Of a stretch of DNA of 64,000 nt, positions 1-7,714 are shown piece by piece. The notes below the pieces were generated by a model. That model was not told where the DNA came from, did no database searches, and was given only the letters and a program-made list of their open reading frames with translations. This DNA comes from Candidatus Latescibacterota bacterium. GTDB lineage: Bacteria; Latescibacterota; UBA2968. A program made the translations under genes and the position numbers. Location: NCBI GenBank assembly GCA_965204375.1, contig OZ241986.1, forward strand, positions 4,032,001-4,096,000, given 5' to 3'. Numbering within the stretch: position 1 is the stretch's first letter; each line of letters begins with the position of its first letter.

Positions 1-76
1 ACTGTCTGAAGCGGTGTACAACTGGTCGATTTACAGACCAGTTCATCAGAGCCTGCACTGGAGTGATTCTATCCAG

Positions 77-114
77 TGATGGGCAGGATGGAAGGATGGC
101 CAGGATGAGAATCC
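77..114. repeat. Short periodic GGAT-repeat element (half of a REP-like palindrome)
   Basis: gatgggcaggatggaaggatggccaggatgagaatcc: GGATG recurring every 8-10 nt; non-coding position. Confidence 0.35.
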
Positions 115-218
115 GTAGATCATGAGTATCGGTTGTTTACTTTGCGACTGGGTTTGGATATATTTTATGGGTGACCATTACTGGGATGCCTCTCCCCTTT
201 TTAAGGAGGACAATCACA

Positions 219-449
219 ATGAGCAATGATATAACTACAGAAGCGACAGTCACGCTGAGCATTCAGCAACTGGAAGGACTTATCCGCAAGGTGGTTCGTG
301 AAGAACTCATCGAATTGGTAAAACAGAAACCAGAAATTTTCAACCTCGATAAGAACGCTCCGCTTTATGAGGATATGGAGGATATTCTTAAAAGAAAAAA
401 ATCAGGTCAATTGAAGTTTTATACGCACGCAGAAATTTGGGATGAATGA
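219..449 (+). CDS. Putative type II antitoxin (small acidic/helical protein)
   Basis: AGGAGG RBS before ATG 219; 76 aa; ends with 'FYTHAEIWDE'; overlaps the start of the downstream RelE-like gene. Confidence 0.6.
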   Translation: MSNDITTEATVTLSIQQLEGLIRKVVREELIELVKQKPEIFNLDKNAPLYEDMEDILKRKKSGQLKFYTHAEIWDE

Positions 450-771
450 ATATCAAGCGTTTTATGAGGGTCGATTCGCCCGAAACCTTTCGCGCTATTC
501 GAATATACGCCAGCGCATCAAGCGAAGAGTTGAGCAGATTCTCAAAAACCCCTATGATCGCACAGAACGTCTTGGGCAGGTTTCTGGAGGATTAGATTTG
601 CGGGGTTGCCGCAGTGCTCGGGTGGATAGAAACTTCAGATTGATTTTTGTTATCTGTGAAGAATGTCGGTATATACAAGCGTGTCAGTATTGCCTTTGCG
701 AGGGCAGAGAAGATAAAACAATTGTTTTCTTAACGGTTGGGCCACACAATAGGGCTTATACGATGAGATGA
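442..771 (+). CDS. RelE/ParE-superfamily toxin with Cys-rich insertion
   Basis: RelE-like pattern (F.R.L..Y, I.KNPY, L.G.RSARV..NFRLIF, VFLTVGPH..AY) plus a CEEC-x5-CQYC-x-C insert. Confidence 0.7.
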   Translation: MNEYQAFYEGRFARNLSRYSNIRQRIKRRVEQILKNPYDRTERLGQVSGGLDLRGCRSARVDRNFRLIFVICEECRYIQACQYCLCEGREDKTIVFLTVGPHNRAYTMR

Positions 772-789
772 ACATAGAACGGATAAAAA

Positions 790-1392
790 ATGGAAGCGTT
801 TATTATTATGATCATCATCGTTACCGTAGTTCTGGTGCTTGGTGGCCGATGGGCAAAAAATTTCTTTGGTTGCTGCTGCCACGAGTGTGGATCCAAAATG
901 CAACCATTCGAAAAATTGTCCAATGGTGATAAGTCCGATATTCTGGCTTACTTTAAGCGGTTTGAGGACCGCGAGCCAGACGCGGAGGGCATTTTCGTTT
1001 GTAACAATTGCCTGATTGTGTACGATGATTTTTCGGGCGAAAAACGAACGATGGATGGTGACGAAAGATCTTTCTGCAAGGTGTGCAACTCTTCAGGTGT
1101 ATGGTATATAGGCTCCATAGTGTCTCCTAATGAATTGGAGAAATTCCAGGAACGGAATAAAAACCTGATTGAACGAGTTGAGTGCCTGCGATGCCAAAGA
1201 AAACCGGCAGGGTTTTGGGACTGTATTCCATGCGACACAGAGATCAAGATAACGGCTTGCCGACGTTGCTATTCCATTTATACCTGGATGCCTTTTGGCA
1301 GAAGTCGATACAGATTTCATGTCCTGCTTTCGGACAGGGAAATCATCAAGGACTCACCCGACTCAAAGTGGGGTGTATTTGAGTTCGAGTAA
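790..1392 (+). CDS. Membrane-anchored multi-zinc-ribbon hypothetical protein
   Basis: N-terminal hydrophobic helix; six CxxC pairs (CHEC, CNNC, CKVC, CLRC, CIPC, CRRC). Confidence 0.65.
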   Translation: MEAFIIMIIIVTVVLVLGGRWAKNFFGCCCHECGSKMQPFEKLSNGDKSDILAYFKRFEDREPDAEGIFVCNNCLIVYDDFSGEKRTMDGDERSFCKVCNSSGVWYIGSIVSPNELEKFQERNKNLIERVECLRCQRKPAGFWDCIPCDTEIKITACRRCYSIYTWMPFGRSRYRFHVLLSDREIIKDSPDSKWGVFEFE

Positions 1393-1418
1393 ACGACCTT
1401 ATGCAAAGCAGATCGAAA

Positions 1419-1451
1419 CAAAAAAGCCGACGCAAATGGTCGGCTTTTTTT
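1419..1451. terminator. Bidirectional intrinsic terminator
   Basis: aaaaaagccgac-gcaaatg-gtcggctttttt between convergent genes. Confidence 0.8.
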
Positions 1452-1469
1452 ATTTACTCATTTCACCCC

Positions 1470-3242
1470 TCAAGACGAACTTTCCGGCGGATCTTCAAGG
1501 CGATAGGCCGAGGTAATATTGGGAATCTTGCGGAGATTTTGCAGAAGTTCTTCGAGGTGGTCGGCATCTTTGATCTCCACCTGGAATTGGTTGTCGATTT
1601 CCTCGCGCCTGGTCTCGATACTCGCACCCACAATAGGAACACCGAGATTGGACATAACCTGTGTCATATCGGATAACAAATTGGTGCGATCCTGACCCGT
1701 GACCTGGATAGTAGCAGTAAAAGTCTCTGCCTGATCGCGATCGACCATATCGCGCCCCAGACGAACGCTCTGATTAAAAGCCTCTTCGCGCAGAACCCGT
1801 CGAATACAACTTCGCGCCTTGGCACTCTTGACAAAACCGAGCCAATCGCGGTGCGGACGCTGGTGCGGCGACGTAATAATCTCAACCGTCTGCCCTGTTT
1901 CAAGCGGCGTAGAAAGTGACACCATCTGACTGTCAATACGGGCACCCACGCAGCGATTGCCAATTTCGGTATGCACTGCAAAGGCAAAATCGACAGGTGT
2001 GGCCTCATCGGGAAGCTGAATCAAATCGCCCTGGGGCGTAAAAACATAAATCTCATTTGAAAAAAGATCGACCTTGAGTTCCTCGATAATCTCTTGAGGC
2101 TCTGATGCCTCCCCCTGCCACTCGAGCATATTGCGAAGCCCGTCTATGTGCTGATCGAGTTCCGACCTTTCTGGAGACCCCTCTTTGTAAAGCCAGTGTG
2201 CTGCAATACCCTCTTCTGCTGTTTGGTGCATCTCGTGGGTGCGTATCTGCACCTCGATCATCAACCCGCGCGGACCTATCACCGTCGTGTGCAAAGACTG
2301 ATACATATTGCTCTTGGGCGTTGCAATAAAATCCTTAAACCGGGGCATAACCGGTGTATAGAGCGAATGAATCATACCCAGAACGTGATAACATTCCTGG
2401 ACCGTATCGACCAGTATGCGAATAGCCAACAAATCGTAGATATCTTCAAAAGCTTTGCTCCGCGTCTGCATCTTTCGGTGAATACTGAAGAAATTTTTGG
2501 GACGCCCCGTGATCTCCCCGCGAATATTTGCTTCCTTGAGTATTTTTTGCAGCGGCACGCGCATCTCTTCAATATAGGCCTCGCGTTCTCGTCTCTTAAG
2601 GCGAATCTTTTTGCTAATCGCGCGATAGGCTTCGGGTTCGAGCCACTTGAGAGCCAGGTCTTCAAGCTCCCACCGAATGCGCGCAACCCCCAAACGGTGC
2701 GCCAGAGGCGCGTAAATATCCAGACTCTCGCGCGCCATGCGCTCGCGCGTTTCAGGAGGCAGGGGATCCAGCGTGCGCATATTGTGCAGGCGTTCGCAAA
2801 ACTTAATGAGAACAACGCGCAAATCGTTGATCAAAGACAGAAACATCTTGCGGAAATTCTCAGCTTGATCGGCCTCTTGCGATTGAAAAGACAGATCTTT
2901 GATCCTGGTCACACCGTCAACCAGATCGGCAATATGAGAACCAAAATGACGCGCGATTTGTGCGTGGGTCGCTGTGCCGTGCGCTATGGTATCGTGCAAA
3001 ATACCAGCCACCAGAGTTGCAGTATCCTGATTGAGGTCGATAAGAATGCGCCCAACCTCAAGCGCGTGTACAATATACGGCTGGCCCGACTTGCGAAAAT
3101 GATCCTGATGTGCCTTCTTGGCAAAATGAAAGGCGCGGGTCAAGAGTTTTACATTGTAATCGGAACGGCTTTGAAGCGCATGTTGGAGAAATGCGTCAAA
3201 GATGGGATCATCTGCGAGGGATTTTTGGGGGAGTTTGGTCAT
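1470..3242 (-). CDS. rel: RelA/SpoT homologue ((p)ppGpp synthetase; HD-SYNTH-TGS-ACT), short form
   Basis: RKSGQPYIVH, YAPLAHRLG, DLLAIR, RFKDFIATPK.N.YQSLHT, EVQIRT, TGS domain (TPVDFAFAVHTEIG), C-terminal ACT domain. Confidence 0.92.
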   Translation of the reverse strand: MTKLPQKSLADDPIFDAFLQHALQSRSDYNVKLLTRAFHFAKKAHQDHFRKSGQPYIVHALEVGRILIDLNQDTATLVAGILHDTIAHGTATHAQIARHFGSHIADLVDGVTRIKDLSFQSQEADQAENFRKMFLSLINDLRVVLIKFCERLHNMRTLDPLPPETRERMARESLDIYAPLAHRLGVARIRWELEDLALKWLEPEAYRAISKKIRLKRREREAYIEEMRVPLQKILKEANIRGEITGRPKNFFSIHRKMQTRSKAFEDIYDLLAIRILVDTVQECYHVLGMIHSLYTPVMPRFKDFIATPKSNMYQSLHTTVIGPRGLMIEVQIRTHEMHQTAEEGIAAHWLYKEGSPERSELDQHIDGLRNMLEWQGEASEPQEIIEELKVDLFSNEIYVFTPQGDLIQLPDEATPVDFAFAVHTEIGNRCVGARIDSQMVSLSTPLETGQTVEIITSPHQRPHRDWLGFVKSAKARSCIRRVLREEAFNQSVRLGRDMVDRDQAETFTATIQVTGQDRTNLLSDMTQVMSNLGVPIVGASIETRREEIDNQFQVEIKDADHLEELLQNLRKIPNITSAYRLEDPPESSS

Positions 3243-3258
3243 AGAGACCTCCGCATCA

Positions 3259-5802
3259 TCACGCCCAGGTAATCAACCCGGTATCACATATAGAATTGAG
3301 ATCCTGATGGTGTGGGCAGATGCGAACCGTATAGCCCCATCGGCCGCTTTTTTGCAAAGGCAGGTGCCCCACAAAAGTATGGGGACTCTTGAGTACCATA
3401 GGCAGCGACTCACCCTGGACAATCTGCCCCTCTGCGCCGACCTGCCCGTGAAAAATTTCGACAGCCACATCCTCTACACTCAAGTCGCCCAACGCGACAT
3501 CCGCGCGAATCTCGACCTTGTCGCCCACATGTGATGTTTGAGCCTTGCTCGACTTTACAGAGCGGACCGCGACATCCTTCCACCCATGGCGAACTCTATC
3601 TTTCCATTCGGCCAGAGCACTGGCTCTCGCGCCATTGTTATCCGAGAGGTCTTTTGATCGTACATGCGCCTTCAAATAGAACCGCTCGGTATATTCCTGC
3701 ACCATGCGGTGGGTATTGAACTTTGGACACAACACGCGCATAGCATTCTTCATCCGGGCGATCCATCCTCTGGGCAATCCATCCACACCGCGATTATAAA
3801 AAAGCGGCACCGCTTCTTTCTCGAGAATATTGTAAATTGCCCGCGCTTCAATCTGATTTTGATACGCCGGATCGTCGTATTCTTTGCCGTGACCTATCTC
3901 CCAACCCAATTCCGGTTGATACGCTTCGGCCCACCAGCCATCGAGCACACTGAGATTTAGCGCGCCATTGGCAACGGCTTTCATGCCACTGGTACCGCTC
4001 GCTTCCTGGGGTCTCATCGGCGTATTCAGCCAGATATCGACCCCTTGCACGAGATAACGCGCCACACACATATCGTAATTTTCGATAAAAACCAGACGGC
4101 GATGGAGATACTCGCGTTGTGTAAGACTGAAAATTTCCTGGATAAATTCCTTCCCCGCATGGTCTTGCGGATGCGCCTTGCCCGCAAAAATAACCTGAAC
4201 GGGACGTTCTTCATTGCACAAAATACGCGTGAGCCGCTCGAGATCGTGAAACAAGAGCGTCGCGCGTTTATAAGTCGCAAAACGCCTGGCAAATCCAATC
4301 GTAAGCGCATCGGAAGTCAGAACCTCGTCGGCGCGCGCCATATCGATTGACGACGCTATTTCTCGCTGCAACTGCTTTCTGAGACGCTGCCGCGCAAATG
4401 CAACGAGGCGTTCTCTCCTGCGCTCGTGGACGCGCCAGAGTTCCTCGGGCGGAATGTGGTCTATCGTCTCCCACACACTCTGATCGTGTGGCTCCTCCAG
4501 GCGCCGGGGGCCCATATAATTGTCTTCAAGGGCGCGCATTTGTTGCGAAATATGGGAAGCAATATGAACGCCATTGGTAATGGATTCGACGGGTATTTCA
4601 TTCTTCGGCAGCCCGGGCCACAGCGACTGCCACATACTGCGCGAAACCTCGCCGTGAAGTTTGCTGACGCCATTGCGATAGGACGAGAGCCTGAACGCGA
4701 GCACTGTCATATTAAAACCGTCGCCGGATCTTTGGGGACCGCCCTGTCCCAAAGCGAGAAACGCGGACATGGAAAGACCGAGTTCATGCGCGTAGGACCT
4801 GAAGTATTTTTCGATCAGAGAAACGGGAAAGACATCGTGCCCGGCTGGAACGGGGGTATGGGTCGTAAAAACGTGACCTGCTGACGTGTACTCTGCCGCC
4901 TGATCAAATGTGGCACCATTATTATGCATCGCCTGCCGGATGCGCTCCAGCCCCAGAAAAGCCGAATGCCCTTCATTCATGTGGCATACGGTGGGCTGTA
5001 TGCCCAAGGCATTGAGCGCGCGCACACCGCCAATACCCAGCAGAATTTCCTGCCGAATGCGCGTCTCACTATCGCCACCGTAGAGTTGTGCTGTAATTTC
5101 GCGGATAGACGGCGGGTTTTCCATCAAATTGGTATCGAGCAAGTACAGGGGGATGCGCCCAACCTGCACTTTCCATATCCGCACCCGCGCTTCTGCTTCG
5201 GGAAATGCGAGGGTAATGGTGACATCCCGACCGCGTTCATCGCGAACAATCTGGACGGGCAGCGCGTAATAATCATTTTCGGTATATTCTTCTTGTTGCC
5301 AACCATCATTTGTGAGATACTGATTGAAATATCCGTGTTGATACAGCAGACCCACAGCAGAAAATGGCAACCCCAGTGTACTCGCAGACTTGAGGTGATC
5401 CCCGGCCAACACCCCCAGACCACCCGAATAGATCGGCAGGCTCTCGGTAAGACCAAACTCCGCTGAAAAATAGGCGATTTGAACATCGGACGCTGTTTTG
5501 CCATGGGCAGAGTGAAAATAGGTCTCCCCGTCCATAAACGCGCGCAAAGACTCAGACACGCGCTTAAAATGCGCTATGAATCCCGGATTTTTAGAAAGTT
5601 GATTCAGGCGTTCCTGGCTGATATCATTGAGCATACGCACTGGATTGTGATAAACTGTTTCCCAGAGAATGGGATCGATGCGTCGAAACAGATCCATCGT
5701 ATCCGGATCCCACGCCCAGCGCAAGTTGTAAGCCAGTGCTTCCAGGCCCTGAAGGGATTTGGGCAGCGAGGGTTTGACAACAAATGTAGAAATTGGTTTC
5801 AC
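3259..5802 (-). CDS. glgP: Alpha-glucan (glycogen) phosphorylase
   Basis: YFSAEFG, YSGGLGVLAGD, HMNEGH, ARRFATYKR, EASGTSGMK (PLP-binding Lys). Confidence 0.95.
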   Translation of the reverse strand: MKPISTFVVKPSLPKSLQGLEALAYNLRWAWDPDTMDLFRRIDPILWETVYHNPVRMLNDISQERLNQLSKNPGFIAHFKRVSESLRAFMDGETYFHSAHGKTASDVQIAYFSAEFGLTESLPIYSGGLGVLAGDHLKSASTLGLPFSAVGLLYQHGYFNQYLTNDGWQQEEYTENDYYALPVQIVRDERGRDVTITLAFPEAEARVRIWKVQVGRIPLYLLDTNLMENPPSIREITAQLYGGDSETRIRQEILLGIGGVRALNALGIQPTVCHMNEGHSAFLGLERIRQAMHNNGATFDQAAEYTSAGHVFTTHTPVPAGHDVFPVSLIEKYFRSYAHELGLSMSAFLALGQGGPQRSGDGFNMTVLAFRLSSYRNGVSKLHGEVSRSMWQSLWPGLPKNEIPVESITNGVHIASHISQQMRALEDNYMGPRRLEEPHDQSVWETIDHIPPEELWRVHERRRERLVAFARQRLRKQLQREIASSIDMARADEVLTSDALTIGFARRFATYKRATLLFHDLERLTRILCNEERPVQVIFAGKAHPQDHAGKEFIQEIFSLTQREYLHRRLVFIENYDMCVARYLVQGVDIWLNTPMRPQEASGTSGMKAVANGALNLSVLDGWWAEAYQPELGWEIGHGKEYDDPAYQNQIEARAIYNILEKEAVPLFYNRGVDGLPRGWIARMKNAMRVLCPKFNTHRMVQEYTERFYLKAHVRSKDLSDNNGARASALAEWKDRVRHGWKDVAVRSVKSSKAQTSHVGDKVEIRADVALGDLSVEDVAVEIFHGQVGAEGQIVQGESLPMVLKSPHTFVGHLPLQKSGRWGYTVRICPHHQDLNSICDTGLITWA

Positions 5803-5822
5803 AGCGTTTTATCTCCTGAATG

Positions 5823-6845
5823 TCACACATCTTCAACAGCGACGACCGCATCTGTTTCCCACGATTTTATCGCCGCTTCAATAACCATCTGTGCTTTGAG
5901 TGCTTCTTCACCCGAACCTTCGATATCTTCGGGAGATGCGTCTTCGAGATTTTGCTCTATCCACCGCCCAATGCGGCTTTGAAATGTTTCGTTGAACCCC
6001 ATCATACCGCCGATATAGTCATAGCGTTCGAGTTCCATTGAGCGGCGGGGATGAAAATGCAGGCGTTCACAGGCTTCTTCCAGCACAAAGCGAGCATCTG
6101 ATCCGGCGACTTCGAGACGTTCAAGACCATAAGACCCCCCCGGTCCCGTGGCATCGTAACTTCCGGTGAGATTGCCCACCGTACCGTCTGCAAAGCGCAT
6201 ATTGAGTTGCATATTTGACCAGCACACACGGCGATTGCCATCTTTGTCCACGCCGCGCTTAAAAAAGGCACTTACTTTTTCAATATCACCGCAAAAGTAG
6301 CGCATAACGTCGATAGAGTGCGGGTGCAGGGCGCGAATGTGGAACCACGGCGACGTTTCTCGGGGGTTATTGATCCACATCGTCATATTGATAATATTGA
6401 TCTCGCCCAGCCTACCCTGATCAACCCATTCTTTGGCACGCGCAGCAGCAGGTGTAAAGCGGTGATTGAGATCAATACCGTAGCGCAGATTTTTATCTTT
6501 TGCTTTGGCAACCATCTCTTTTGCCTCGTCAATATTATTCGAAATCGGTTTTTCCCCGAGTACATGAACACCCGCTTCGAGGAGTTCCATCGTGGGTTTA
6601 TAGTGATCGCCACCATTTTCATGACCAGCAGTCGCAACACTTGCCACCGCGATATCCAGCCCCGCGTTGAGCATATCCTGCACAGTATAAAATGCCCTGG
6701 CACCGTATTGCGACGCCGCGGCATCTGCGCGTTTTCGGTCTATATCGCAAACCGCAACGAGATTGCACTGGTCGTGACCATTATAGATAGTGGCGTGTCG
6801 GTTGCCAATCCCCCCCAAACCGACCACGGCGACATTTAATCCCAT
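5823..6845 (-). CDS. Gfo/Idh/MocA family oxidoreductase
   Basis: VVGLGGIG Rossmann motif, GEKP, NHRF, HSID. Confidence 0.9.
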   Translation of the reverse strand: MGLNVAVVGLGGIGNRHATIYNGHDQCNLVAVCDIDRKRADAAASQYGARAFYTVQDMLNAGLDIAVASVATAGHENGGDHYKPTMELLEAGVHVLGEKPISNNIDEAKEMVAKAKDKNLRYGIDLNHRFTPAAARAKEWVDQGRLGEINIINMTMWINNPRETSPWFHIRALHPHSIDVMRYFCGDIEKVSAFFKRGVDKDGNRRVCWSNMQLNMRFADGTVGNLTGSYDATGPGGSYGLERLEVAGSDARFVLEEACERLHFHPRRSMELERYDYIGGMMGFNETFQSRIGRWIEQNLEDASPEDIEGSGEEALKAQMVIEAAIKSWETDAVVAVEDV

Positions 6846-6858
6846 TAAAAACTCCTTT

Positions 6859-7536
6859 CTACCAGTTACTGAGTATCCGATCTACAAATGACGGATAAAA
6901 ATACATAACGGCGATAACGCCCCCGAAGAGAATATAAGCCCCGATTACGATGAACATGATCGTCTTTTTGCGCTTACTCATCTTGGCACGAGACGAAGTT
7001 CTCAGATCGCTCGGTTGTTTGAGAAAAGGTTCTGATTCATCCTCACCATCAGAGGCCTCTTCCGACGGTGCTTCCTCGTCTTCTACTTCTTCAGTAATCT
7101 CCTCCGACACTTTTTCCTCGGCCTCGATCTCCTCGGCGTCTGCTGGTGTATCCGCTTCGATATCTTCCTCTAATTTGTCTATATTGAACACATGCTCTAT
7201 TTTTTCGATAAGCGTTTTGTCTTCAAATGGTTTTTCAACAATGCTGTAAACACCCTGTTCCAGGAGCGCTGTGGCTTCTGCTTCCTCGACGGGAAACGAT
7301 ACCACAATTATCGGCATCTCAAAGCCTTCTTCGCGAATAAATTCGATCAACACATCGCCGTGAACAATCGGCATCTCGAGATTGAGCAACACCAGATCGG
7401 GTTGTCCGTGCGCGATCGCATCAACCGCTTCTGTCCACGTTGTCGCGCTCTGTGCCTGATAATCATTGGATTCGAGAATCTTGACAATCCGTTTTACAGC
7501 GGCTTCTTCACTGTCAATAGTCAAAATTTTTGTCAT
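6859..7536 (-). CDS. Atypical receiver-domain protein with acidic linker and C-terminal TM anchor
   Basis: REC fold (KILTID, PDLVLLNLEMP, KPF); likely start ATG 7536; E/D-rich linker; hydrophobic C-terminus. Confidence 0.8.
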   Translation of the reverse strand: MTKILTIDSEEAAVKRIVKILESNDYQAQSATTWTEAVDAIAHGQPDLVLLNLEMPIVHGDVLIEFIREEGFEMPIIVVSFPVEEAEATALLEQGVYSIVEKPFEDKTLIEKIEHVFNIDKLEEDIEADTPADAEEIEAEEKVSEEITEEVEDEEAPSEEASDGEDESEPFLKQPSDLRTSSRAKMSKRKKTIMFIVIGAYILFGGVIAVMYFYPSFVDRILSNW

Positions 7537-7714
7537 CCTATCCCCCGTGCGTAGTAGGGCAAATATTAACGCTTGAAAGTATAAAGCGAAAGAAGTCCAA
7601 TGACAAGGATTTTCCCTCACTGCAATCACCCGGTGAGTTCTCTCTTGATTGGTGAACGTGTGTATAGTATATTGCAATATCAATGGAAATTAAAAATTAA
7701 AAATTGGGAGTCTT

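Noticed and set aside
7653-7668. Possible SOS box (gaac-gtgt-gtat) upstream of uvrA
   Set aside because: Two mismatches to GAAC-N4-GTTC, and the LexA motif of this lineage is unknown.
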